Shown here: one piece after another, positions 1 to 11,868 of the stretch
Numbering within the stretch: the stretch's first letter is position 1
How the letters are laid out: each line of letters starts with the position of its first letter
The notes under the pieces: generated by a model
The model's input: the letters and a program-made list of their open reading frames with translations, nothing else
Database searches by the model: none
Told to the model about the DNA's origin: nothing
Assembly (NCBI GenBank): GCA_051294905.1
Contig: CM119381.1
Span: forward strand, 22,816,001-22,880,000
Direction: 5' to 3'
Length of the DNA: 64,000 bases
Origin: Botryllus schlosseri
Taxonomy: Eukaryota
Made by a program: the position numbers and the translations under genes

Positions 1-1774
1 GTCCCGCTGGAAATAGCACGGATTCTCCTCAGTTTACACAGCATTATCGGGCTGGGCGCGTAAATCTTATACCGATCGAATTGCGCCAGAAATTTGCATG
101 TAACCCATGGAATGCAGGTGTCGCCTTACCCGCGCCAACTTCAAATTTCAACCGCAGCACGTCACGGCATCGATATCGGGAGGATGCGTGTCAATTTTAT
201 ATCGTGCCGTGTCACGTTACGTTTAGTCTCGCACACAATAAAGAATCTGCCGCTCGGAACCGCAGCTGACTGGAGATGTGACTCTTTTTTTGCCAACACG
301 AAATCACACCTTGACGTACTTAAGCCGATTCTTATTCACTTGAGTGTTAGACGATAAAACGCCTCTCTGGCTTTAGGGAAGGCTGATATGGGGTGTTCGT
401 CACAAGTAGTAAAAGCAGTCAGCGTTGATACTTAAAACAGAAGGTTTGTCAATTTTCACTCAATGACAAGTAAAAGGAGCAATTTCCAAGACATACGAAA
501 ACTACTTCCAACTGAATTATAAAATGAAAGGTCTGAAAATTTCTCAAGTAAGTTGCATTAAAAAGCAGATTTGGTCGATGAATCGCACAATTTCAGTAGT
601 AAATTAGAGAGGGGGGGGTACTTTCCAAATTTCAAGATGCATATTCGCGACAACACAGAATGACTGATGCGCTGTAACGCTCTAAATCTTTCCACAATTA
701 TTTAAGTAGAATTAGCGGTTTCCGAGACACGTCAAAACTGCTTCCGGCGCAGTGGTTCCCAACTGGTGGGGAATTCAATGGTTTCTGGTGGGGAATAGGC
801 GCATTTGGTAAACATTATATACAGAACCGTCTATATTTTAACGGAGACACCTGTGCGATTATCGTTACCATAGTTAACTGCTGTGGAATGTACGTACCGA
901 AAATATTATTGCGTGTCGTTTACAAAAACTCATTTCAACTCCGGATAACCAATGATGGCGTCACAAACGCGTCCAGTACGACCGGTATGACGTGCAATAA
1001 TGCTTTCGCTAAATCTTGAGGGTTATCGATATCGGTTCACAATGCGTTTTATGTCGCAGTTACAGGCGATTGTCTTGCGTACTGGTGTGGTTGTGTGTCT
1101 TGTGTACTCAAACAAGCAAATAGATGCTCCGTAATGACAAAAACTACGGGTAGTGGGGAATGAATACTCGTTATAAATCTTAAGTGGGGAATGAAGACAA
1201 AAAGGTTGGGAACCATTGTTCCAGCGAAAGCAGAATATGTATTGCGTTACTGCGCGGCTCTGCAATGGGCCGTATCTGCGCGCGATAAATATTCAACGCA
1301 GGTCTGTTTAAAACAGTTCGCGGTTAGTGAAATGTCAATGCAAACCCGCGGTGCAAATAACTTCGAGATAACAACGGGGCGAAGACACAACATGCTGTTT
1401 ACGATTGACCGCGTTTGACGTAACAAGACGTGTAAAATATACTCGGCGTTCTTTTATTAGCCGAAATTAGCGAATTTGCATACATTGCAATTTGCTTACA
1501 AATCCACATGCGTCGAGTGATCGTAGAGCTCATGTGTATATACCTTTCATGCGACCACAAAATATATATTGCCAGTTATACATCGCATTAAAGAATCTTT
1601 TTGGACCATACCTATTTCATTGCGCTTTGTGACAATGCTGTGTGTCGATCAGGACTTCACAGAGATTTCATTCCATTAGCGTGCGTAGCTTTCTGCCATA
1701 TGTTTCGTATGCGGTAAATGTTGAGAACTACTGGCCTAAGCGGTTGCTTTCAACCTTTTGTCTCCGTTCCACAG

Positions 1775-4700
1775 CGCCGGCTCTTTTGCGCCTCCTCCCG
1801 AGGCTGTCGATCTGGTGGTGCGTACGCTGACGCCCCCTCCGGCTACGCCTACAGACCGTTCGCTGTCGGAAGGCGACACCACGACTACCATGTCCAGCGA
1901 TCGCGGCGAGAGCAGCATTTCAGAGGGCCAGCTTCTCATCAGCCACGGGGAGGTGCGGGCGAAAATGAAGCGCGGACAACTGCCAGGTGGGTTACAGTTG
2001 TTGCCGTGTGACTTCCGTAAATAACATCACTAGTGTAGGGTGTGTGGTGTATTCTCATTCCAAAAGGTGACATCTCTGATTCACACCCTATTTTTACGTT
2101 CATCCCTTTTCATGCCCAAACCCGTTTCTCTATTCGACTTTCGATATCCAGGCATAATCGAAGACATATTCGGAGAAGAGGACGTTAAGAAGAGCCTGGG
2201 ATTTCACAGCACGCTAAAAGACGCGAAAGAGATGGAGGTGTGTATGCGTGAAACGTTGACACCTTCGTGTGTCATCAATCCGAGGTGGCCATTAACGAAA
2301 TATATCACGAAGTAACCTTATCTGAGAACTGGGGAAAAGGATTAGTACTTCGGTACTCACATGTAGCACCTAGGGTTGGGGTTGGTTTTCGGGTTGGAAG
2401 TCTCATGCTCAAGTGTCGAATGCTCAAGTGTCGTTTCTTCGTTGTGCACGACGTGCATTCATGCTCGAAAGTCAGGCAACCCGAAATCATCACATTTCAA
2501 ATTGATATCGAGCGGCAACTAGCGGCACTGTATCTAGGTTTCACTCTCTTTTCCGCGTCTCCAGCAGACTTGGACAAATAGATAATTAGTAAATACTATT
2601 TTATTCAAATCAAAATTTTTCGACGGCAGTAACTCCACTTCCACTGGTTGGAAGTAACCAAATTTGGCGAGAATCGTTTCAATAGACAGCCTGACACTTT
2701 CATGGGGTGAACAGAAAATGTTCAAATTTTATATTATTTATTTTTCTATAAGAAATAGAAACTTTCTTCTCCTGTAGCAACGCGGCTACTGGTTGGAATT
2801 GAACCGAATTTGGTGTGTAGGCTTAAATTAGGTAACCCTACAATTTTATCAAGCAGCCAGTACGATTTGAGAAAAAAAAAGTCATTTTTGAAGAGCCCTA
2901 ATGTACAGACATTTACCATTTACATGCAGTACTTATGACAATGAACTATGATTTGATAACAACTGGGCTTGATTTTGTTGCATTTTTCTTCCTAATATTG
3001 AATTGAATTCACTATTTTTAATTCTAAACTAAGTTGAAAAAAAGTGTGTAGCGATAATTCTAATTAGGCTTTTCGAAGTACAGAACTTCAACATTGCAGC
3101 AAACAATACGTTCATATTGCCAAATTTATTCCACTCTACGTTTTCCGACTGACTCTCATCAGGAGCGAATGTCAGTAAATGCAAATTTGGCAACATGAAC
3201 GTATTGTTTGTTGCAATAATTCTAGTTATGATCTAATTAAAAAAGAACAATGTAACCGTAATTCTAATTCCAATTCGAATCCAACTTAGGATTACGAAGA
3301 ACACAGCGACGGCGAAGTGCGCCTGTCCGCGCGGCCTGCCATGATATCGAGAGTGATCGGGCTCCGGCATCCAGGCGACGACCCGGTCGGGATCTACGCG
3401 CGCCCCCGACACCCCTTGCCGGAGGAAACGGACGAGGACCTGAGCGTGGGCGAGGTCAAACCGGAAACGATGGTGAACCGGAAGTCCAAGTTTCGAAAAT
3501 GGCGCGAAGACAGGTAGATATGCATTTGATGACTTGACTATTGACTTGACTTGTACTCGAGTCGTTGTGCACGACTCGACCCAAGTCATATGACTCTAGA
3601 CTAGGATGGCCAAGACAGAAATTTCATTGTAACTCCGAAGAATAGTAAAGTTACTACACTATTGGTATCTTGTCCATCAGTCCCTATACTTGGAAAATAG
3701 GGCCAGAAACTGTTAAGACTGAGGAAAATTACTATGTTATGAATGCGAGCCATTCTATATCACTCGAGCAGAGTTGAAAAAAGTGGGGTTGAACCGGATT
3801 GAGCTTAAAATTGAACAGTGAGCAGTGAACAGTGAATGACTTGGACTCGGACTTGACTCGGCGGTGAATTGTAAATGACTCGACTTGACCCGAGTCAAAA
3901 CTATAAAAGTAAGATTGACTTGTGACTCGGAACCTTGTGACTTGGTTACAACCCTGATTCGTTACTAACCACCGCCGCAAGAGTAGAATTGCACTGTAAG
4001 GTACTCAAGTATGCTTGAAAGAAACGACGTGAATTTGTTCTCGAGTACAAGTTCAAGTAGCTATTTTCAAGACACGTTAAAACTACTTCAAATTGAATTT
4101 TATAATTCGCCCAGAGTTGGTCAAAGTTGCAATTGATTGCAGTTTTTGAGGCCGCTCGAACATAGCTGTTTCTACCTGTGCTGTAGTAGAAATGTACGTC
4201 GTTACCTCTGCTGCTACTACAACAACACATCCGATTCATCCGCCAGGTCGCCCAAATACTCTCAGCGTTCCAAACAACGCGAAACGCTGCCTCCCGCGCT
4301 TTCTGCGTCACGTGACTCTCCGCCGCTGTCTGTGGACGACTTGCGCGCGAAAGCCAGGACAGAGTACGATTACTCGCAGAGCGCGGATTCCGCGAGGACC
4401 AGCGCGTCTTCGGTGACGGACGACAGTTTCGACGCTAACGTGATCGTGGTGGGGCCGAGAAGCGAGGTGAGGTGGATGTTTGAGTTGGTCGGGTCTGCGG
4501 CATTAGTGGCGGTCTTGGAAAGCGTGGGATTGCTCTATGGTTGGTGGTTCTCAGCGACCTGTTCGCAAAATATATTACAGTTTATGTGTCACTTGAATAA
4601 TTGAATGTCTAATATGAGAATATAAGTCGATAAGACTGCAATTGAAAGCCAATGTCTGAACACACGATGTCATCATCGAGTTCCACCAAATAACATAAAA

Positions 4701-6285
4701 TAAGTAATTCAAGCTTCTCAATACCTTACGAGTGGTTAAAACTGAATCATTTTGATGCAAATAAGAAAATATGCATACAGAAGTTTTGGCATTGAAAATG
4801 CAACTCGCCAGCAGTTCTCAATCGCCAGTGTGCATCAACATTCCTGCTGGTCTGCTAATTATATTACGATTTCACGTGTCAATTCCAGAAGGCAAGAAGT
4901 CAGACGCTTTTCCGTTAAAGAGATATGATACCTCGAATTATAAACTGATGTATAATTTATTCTGCATCTTGTCGTAATGTAGAGTTCATGGCCTGATTTG
5001 GACTTAACAGTAGCCCGTAACTCGTTCGATATCTGAAAGCTATGAAGACCATGTAAACAAAATTCATGAAATTTCAACAGTACAATTTAGCGATATACTA
5101 GTTACTAGTAGTAGACGTTAACAAAGGTTAAAACAGCACAGTTGCAGTTCCTTTAAAAGATATCTTAAACCGAAATCAAATTAGTTGATTTTAGGACTTC
5201 GCCTTTGCAGAGCCTTTAATACAATCATGTGTGACACGTGCAACTTCAAAAATACGGCTGTAAATTTTTCGTCCAATTGATATTTCCGATATTTGCTTTC
5301 GAGTTTCGTACATTTGTCGTAATTGCATTTCGGGTCAATTTAGATTCTCGACGTTGCGCCTGTCCGCAAAATTTGTTCTGAAAATTTACCTGCCCCAAGC
5401 TACAAAAATGGTTGATAACCTCTGGAACAGTTGGAACAATAATACTTGAAGTGTTCATTTGAATTTCGCGATTTTGGCACGATATCTGTACGGGGCGCCG
5501 CTGCACGCAGTGTATCACACCTGACCGGTATCACTCTCATTTTGCTCTTTACAGCCTTCAGTCCCGAAACGCGAAGAACCTATGAGGTAAATAACAAATT
5601 TAATTAAAAATTTACCAAGTTAGTAGCAGCCAATTCACGTTACAGAAGCGAAATGCCGAAAGCCAAAGACACGCTGACTTCCACCGATTTCCAGAAAACA
5701 CTGGCCAGCACAGACCACAGCGGCGTGATCAAGGTAAGCAGACCCGCTGCCAGCGCGCGCTAGATGACGTAACATCCGGTCCTACTCTTATTTCAGGATT
5801 CTCTGGAGGAATCTACGAACCGCCGGGACATTTTCGATCAGGGCGCCAGGCAGGATGGTGAGGCGATTTTTCGTGGTTAGGGCTTGTTAATATTGTCATT
5901 ACTACGTTACCGTACTGATCATCGCCGAGTATATGAAAATTGAACATAAGTGGTCTGTATCGAAGTACTTAATACATTTTTTAAGTACTCAAGTAGGTTT
6001 TGCCAACTTGCACTGCATTCTCAAAAGGATAAGATTTTAGTCTACTGATTTCACGTCAAAGTGACCGATATTCGTTATTTCTAATGGCCGATACCGATAG
6101 TACCTATAAAGTCTGATGTAATCCGATAATCTGTCGGATTCTAGTCATTACGTCAATTCCTATTTTCAGCACGTCCCTCAAACACCCCAGCGATGAAAGT
6201 GTCACTGACACTACCCACCGCGGACCAGGCGCCGTCTGTCAGCAGTGTGTCGGACGTGTCTGAGATGTCCGGCCCGGGGATGTAA
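1775..6285 (+). CDS. KIAA0586: 3' coding exons of a TALPID3/KIAA0586-like centriole/ciliogenesis protein (5' part not located, probably upstream of the window)
   Basis: Eight AG/GT-bounded exons with fully consistent phases: 1775-1986, 2152-2237, 3290-3513, 4247-4466, 5555-5586, 5646-5733, 5797-5857, 6170-6285 (TAA). The spliced Ser/Pro/acidic-rich product contains ISEGQLLISHG, HSTLKDAKEMEDYEEHSDGEV, DLSVGEV and terminal AMKVSLTLP, in the same order as motifs I recall from the vertebrate TALPID3 C-terminus (ISEGEILFSCG, STLHDAVEMEDDPPSEGQV, NSVGEL, AKMSVMLP). AATAAA at 6428-6433. Confidence 0.75.
3530..3955. repeat. GACTCG/GACTTG-rich MITE-like repeat ending ...GGTTACAACCCTG; related copies at approx. 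63478-63688 and (reverse) approx. 26250-26340
   Basis: Shared tract GACTTGACTCGG(C/T)GGTGAATT...GACTCGAGTCAAAACTAT...GTGACTCGGA(A/G)CCTTGTGACT...GGTTACAACCCTG seen at 3835-3955 and 63535-63688. Confidence 0.6.
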
Positions 6286-7351
6286 GGCTGAAGCTGATTG
6301 CGAAGATTCAGATTCGAAGATGAGGAAAATGGCTTCAAGCTCAAGCCTGAGAACGGTTATTGCGACCGAGCAGAATGTTTAGAAGATAGATAGTTGTAGT
6401 TCATAGAAATTATTTTCTCAATTTATGAATAAAATTGATCGTCGTTGCTTTTGTAAACTTGTACTTGCGTTCTGACAGTTCCGACATTCTAGCCAGTAGA
6501 GGGGAGGCTGTTTCACTTACGAAAATGAAGATTTTGAAACGGTCAAGCTATCTCAGCTGTTCTTTCTATAGATCCGTTCCGAGACGGGGTGTTATTTCTC
6601 TGACTGCCTACTACCACGTTGTGACGACGCGATAATCGCCGATTTTTTTTTTACCTCAAATGGCCGATACCGATATCTCTTTCAAAGTGTGATGACAACT
6701 CGATATTTTCGGTGAACGTCGATCAGGCTCTAGTTTCAAGGCATCAATGTTGCGAAAAAAAGTACTGAAGCTATAATTCTAGTTGATAGTATAACTCTTT
6801 ATGGTGCTTGAAACAAATGCCTCTCACTTCTCAATTGAAATCATTACAAATATTGCATGATTCGGATTCGAGTCCTCGAACCATTAGCCCCAGCCGCGAC
6901 ACATTGTGGTTGTAGCTGCCCCTTCCGTAACACCTTTTGATGGTTTTCTAAATCAGAGGTTTTCAACCGCCTGTCCGCGACCCCTTTCTTGCTAGGCAGC
7001 TAAATATAGAATTAAAACATAAAATTTTAAATTGACTCATAAATTTGGAAAGTGTTTTCCGCACCGTCTACCTTGGTCGTAACGTACGTTACAATGCTGT
7101 GACTGCAAATCTTGTATCAAACTGTTTAAAAGTAGCCAGAAACTCGTTGAAGACCATCAGTTACATCTGAAAGTTGAGAAGACATTTTAAACAAAAAATT
7201 CGTTGCATTTCGACAGTACAATTTAGTAGCATCTGGCACTATAATCGAGGTCGCTGTTCTTTGAAAAGAATTAACCGAACAATCAAAATCAGGACTTCGC
7301 ATTCGCACAAATTTCACTTGTAAATTCAATAAGGCAGCATTAAATTGAATG

Positions 7352-7605
7352 TACAATTGAATAATATATCCATATTGAGGTAATCCCGAATATCTTCGGC
7401 TGTCACTCGTCAGGACTAACCAATAGCAACTTGTAGGGAATTGAAAAGAACATTATACATCAGCAGTCGCGGGCATGACAATTCTAATAATCGAGGCTAA
7501 CAGATGGCTCAAACTCATTGTGCTGTTTTTATAATACTAGTTTCTGACGAATGCCAGCAGAAAATATTCGGGTTTATTTCAACATAGATATGTTATTCAA
7601 TTGTA
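7352..7605. mobile_element. Small MITE with approx. 45-bp inverted termini (TACAATTGAATAA.ATATC...CCCGAATAT); second copy approx. 36404-36562
   Basis: Inverted termini at 7352-7397 and 7563-7605. The same terminal sequence recurs in SLC1A copy 1 intron 1. TA at both ends. Confidence 0.6.
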
Positions 7606-8234
7606 TGCTGTAGTTCTGTGACTCCCAATCCCATAGTCTGCATTTGAATTAAAGTTTCCTATATTTTCCTTCGAGTTGCATACATATATGTCGTAATTGC
7701 TATAATCACATTTTGGGTCAATTTTGGTTTTATTTACTTGAAAAGTCAGAGAACTGCGGTTCTAAAATACGCATCTACAATCTACACGCCAGTGGGGGCT
7801 ACTGAGAGGTTTCGTGTCGCAGCTGTTACTGTATACCAAAGATCAGACCCGAAAGCTGCCGGAAGACTCCGGCGCTGAAATCTCCCTCGGTTCGAGCTGT
7901 TTGTGGCCAGCGTATGATACTAATTGGTGATCATAAGTGCCCGGCCTATGGTGCGGTAGCGAAGTTGCATGTATAATGAAGGTGGCTTGAGAAATGTACA
8001 ATTCGGCGAGACTAGACCCCCCTGAGTTATGGATGCACAGAAAACGTGATGTAGTCTAATCATTCTCTACCATGGCCTACAGCCATATGTCTCTACACAC
8101 CACATTTCCGTACTTTCCTTCAATCAAATCACCGAGAAAACACGTTACCATTTCATTACCGGCGATACGAGGCATCCTTTAGCGCAGTAGTTTTCAACAT
8201 TTGTCTTATCGCTTACCCCCTCGAGGTTCTAGGA

Positions 8235-8613
8235 CAGTGGTTCCCAACCTTTTTCGACCCATCGCCCCCTTTTCTAGGTCAACACCGATCATCGCCCCCC
8301 CAAATTTTGTGTACCGAAAATTGGGCATACAAATTGCAATCACCGGCGGGTTGACTGAAAAAAAAGGTCAAATTTTCGGCTCGATGTCTGAATTGACACA
8401 CTTTTGTAACTAAATTTCCGTGGGTTGACTAAAGAAAAAAAAGGTCAGCCGTTTTGACGCGTCATCGCCCCCCTATCGCCCCCTTCGCTATTTTCGCCCC
8501 CATCGCCCCCTTTGTCCATTTTCGCCCCCCTGTCGCCCCCTTCGTCATTTTCGCCCCCCTAGACCGCCAAATCGCCCCCTGGGGGGCGATATCGCCCACG
8601 TTGGGAACCACTG
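8235..8613. mobile_element. hAT (Charlie/Buster-type) MITE, 379 bp
   Basis: TIR CAGTGGTTCCCAAC / GTTGGGAACCACTG; perfect 8-bp TSD TTCTAGGA (8227-8234, 8614-8621); many internal ATCGCCCCC subterminal repeats. Confidence 0.9.
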
Positions 8614-9142
8614 TTCTAGGATATTGTAGTGTAGCAACAAATTAACGAAAAAATTTACTGGAAATGTATACAGAATTAGTACAATGCGCGAATTAGCAAA
8701 TAAGCCGGCGTGGAAATTTCGAAACGAATGCGGCCCATGAGTTAATCCACTCCTGATTATTAGGGCAAGTTTTTGTTGCACTAAAATCGCGAGAAAATTG
8801 CGTTTAATTTTAACAAAGCATTTATGGACAGGTTTTTTAAAATTATTAGTGTATGAGATACTCGAAAGGTTCCGTTGTATAACCAACAGCTCCCATACTC
8901 CACTATAACTCTGTCCTTAAAAGCTGACTGGTACATTTTAATTAGGCTAAGATTCAAAGATCAACATATTACTTGGAGTGAACATCTCAGGCGGGACGCA
9001 AGTTGGACGTTAGACTGACAACTTAACAGTCATCAATGTCATCGCTTGTTCTTACTTGCAAAATGTTGAATGTACTTTTATGAACGCACAGTTTGAGGTC
9101 GACTCCAGAATTGCTATCTAAGTATTGGAGGTTTATCTAGGC

Positions 9143-11868
9143 TGGGGTTGCCATATTTCTGTGACCCAAATTCCGGACACTATTTAGCGCCCACTAGTGG
9201 ATTTCAAAATGAGTTATGACGTCATAATAGCCACGCTTTGCCCATAGACCAGAGGTGGTCACGATCCGGTTCAGGAGTATGTGGCTGTGTGTTGTGTAAC
9301 CGGGGCCGAAACCACATTTTTCAGCCCCTTTGCGCCCAAATAAACAATGATTTTGAGTCCACCATAGGGTAATCGATGCAACTTCTGGATGAGCTTGAGC
9401 ATGCTATATGAATTGGGTTTCTATATGCATCTGGTTGTTAAATTTATTGAATGAAGTCTGTCAATAATATTGGTTGTTCCCTATATTGCCACATAGTTAC
9501 TACTCTCCGCCCACGTGATCAGAGTTAGCGTTACAGCTGGTGGAGGATGATGAGTTTGAAAATAAAGGGAGCGTAATTGTACATTAGGGTTGTCCAAAAT
9601 TCGGAAAATCTTAAAAATACCCCGTGATTGTGTCTCATTCACAACAATGAGCCTGAAAGAAGCTCACAGGAAAGCCGTTAAGATTCCGGGCAAAGCGTTT
9701 GAAAGTAGCTGCCCAGGAATGGGCGTGCCACCGACCATAGAACGGCGAGAAGACTGGTAATCAAACAACCACGGCTCTTAATTGGCTAATCGGCTATGCT
9801 TCAATGATCAAGACAGCAGCAGCTTGCTGATTAGGTGTTCAAAGAGTCTTCTACCGGCGGGGATTCTGAAAGCGCATTGTTGGTAGGTCGGCAGATGATG
9901 ATTTAAGATTAATTCAGGACATGTTGAGGTACGAAATACATGATGAACAAACAACAGCTACTTCACAAAAACTTTTACAGCATGACTGCTTTATTGTGAA
10001 GGAAACGGCTGTAGCCTAATGGACGTGTTTTCATCGAGGGAAAGTATAGACGCTTATGAAAGTGGTGAACGAATTCCCCGTTTCAGAAGGGATCCATCAT
10101 CAGTGAATACAAAGGTAAAGCTTGACTATGGCACTCTACTTTGTGTGATCTTATTGGACCCAAGTTGCAGGATATAGTTAAAGTTTCGAATGCTCTAGGG
10201 ATCGATTGAATCAGCCGGTTATGCTTGGCAGTTATACTTACAGCAAATTGAATTTCCTTGTAAGTGTTCTCAAAGTCCTTAATGACGTTGCAGAAAAGCG
10301 GTGTAAAGTAAGCACAGACTATGCTGGATATGATATCCAAACTATGCTGGATACTATATGCAGCATAGTCTGTGCTTTTCTTTACATCTCTTTTCGGCGG
10401 GATCAATTAGGACTTTGACATGCCATATCTAGCATAGCCTGTACGTACGTCTACAACTCTTTTCTGAGTTATCAGACAACACTTACAAGTGAATTCAATT
10501 TGCTGTAAGCATCTGATAAGTGCCAAGCATAACCCGCTGATTCAGCCGATCCCCATAGCATTCAAAACGTCACCTATATACTACAGCTTGAGCCCAATAA
10601 GATCACACGAAGTATAATTTCACTGTTAATATTTATATTTGTATTCACTGATGATGGATCCCTTCTGAAACGGGGAATTCGTTCACCACTTGCATAAGCG
10701 CCTTTGGTTTCCCTCGATGAAAACACTGCATGTAGGCTACAGCCATTTCCTTCACAATAAAGCAGTCATGCTGTAAAAGTTTTTGTGATGCATCTGTTGT
10801 TTGTTCATCATGTATTTCGTACCTCAACATGTCCTGAATTAATCTTAAATCATCATCTGCCGACCTACCAACAATGCGCATTCAGAATCCCCGCCGGTAG
10901 CAGACTCCTTGGAACACCTAATCAGCAAGCTGTTGTTGTTGTGATCATTGAAGCATAGCCGATTAGCCAATCGAGAGCCGAGGGTATTTGATTACTAGTC
11001 TTCTCGCCGTTCTATGGTCGACGCCACGCCCATTCTCGGGCAGCTGCTTTCAAACGCTTTGCCCGAAATCTTAACGGCTTTCCTGTAAGCTTCTTTCAGG
11101 CTCATTGTTTTTTTTTATCAATAATCTATGGAATGAGATACAATCACGGAGTATTATTAAGATTTTCCAAATTTTGGACAACCCTATTGTACATCGTTAA
11201 GTCATGTTCATGTCCTAACGATACGATTGTATATCAGCCTTATGCCGGTGCGCACCACGGAGCTTTATAAACACCCCACTTTCAGTGGTTTCCAGACTTT
11301 TATGGCTGTGAGTCCATCTCCAATTTGAAAATGTTTCGTGGCTCAGATCAAAATTTGACGAGAATATTACTAAAAGAAGTCAGCACCTTTGCCCAGACTT
11401 ACTCACGGGCCGATTACGTTCAACATATTCGCGAACCCCATACTAAAGGCAAACGACTCCCACGTTTGGAACCACTATATTTGAATAAAGCATTTAAACG
11501 GCCGTAACGATGTCTAGGATTATACCGTTTTCCTATAATTGCGGTTACAATTAGGCTTATTAGGCCTACAGTAAATGAAGAGTGTTTTTATTTATATTTT
11601 ATTGCAGTTTTTGCGAGGGTGATAGTCCCCATATTAAAATCAATAAATGTGACAGTAAATCGCGGACAGCGAGACGAAAAATATCAAGCATCAACATAAA
11701 TATTCCAAAAAATAATGTCTTTGTGTTGATTTACGACAAAATTATGAGCCTACGTCAAGTCTTCAAAATTCCGCACATTTGGCATATTTCAGAAATTCCT
11801 CGCGTACGCTAGTTTGAACGGTGAAATTCCGGACATGTCCGGAAAATTCCGGACGTATGGCAACCCTA
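9143..11868. mobile_element. hAT (Blackjack-like TAGGGTTGCCATA termini) non-autonomous element hosting a nested foldback; partial copy at approx. 59055-59640
   Basis: Termini TGGGGTTGCCATA (9143) / TATGGCAACCCTA (11868); perfect TSD ATCTAGGC (9135-9142, 11869-11876); CCGGAC subterminal repeats. The left end and the CCCACGTGATCA.AGTTAGCG block recur near 59055 and 59600. Confidence 0.85.
9585..11186. mobile_element. 1.6-kb foldback (almost wholly palindromic) hAT-type element
   Basis: TIR TAGGGTTGTCCAAAAT; perfect TSD TTGTACAT (9577-9584, 11187-11194). Left arm 9585-10326 is the reverse complement of right arm 10361-11186, with long identical blocks and scattered mismatches and indels. Confidence 0.9.

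Noticed and set aside
1-59. End of an upstream TALPID3 exon (GC|GTAAAT, phase-compatible with 1775)
   Set aside because: Only 19 codons visible, weak donor context and no recognisable similarity.
3093-3217. 35-bp-arm hairpin as a miRNA or structured ncRNA
   Set aside because: Embedded in an ATTCTA-rich repeat that recurs near 13460-13840; more simply a tiny MITE-like element, with no expression evidence.
8454-8590. ATCGCCCCC repeat cluster and ORFs 8201-8413 and 8454-8645
   Set aside because: Subterminal repeats of the 8235-8613 MITE; the Pro-rich ORFs are a by-product.
10645-10881. ORF in the palindrome arm as a functional gene
   Set aside because: The mirror copy in the other arm has a stop in the same frame and I recognise no domain.
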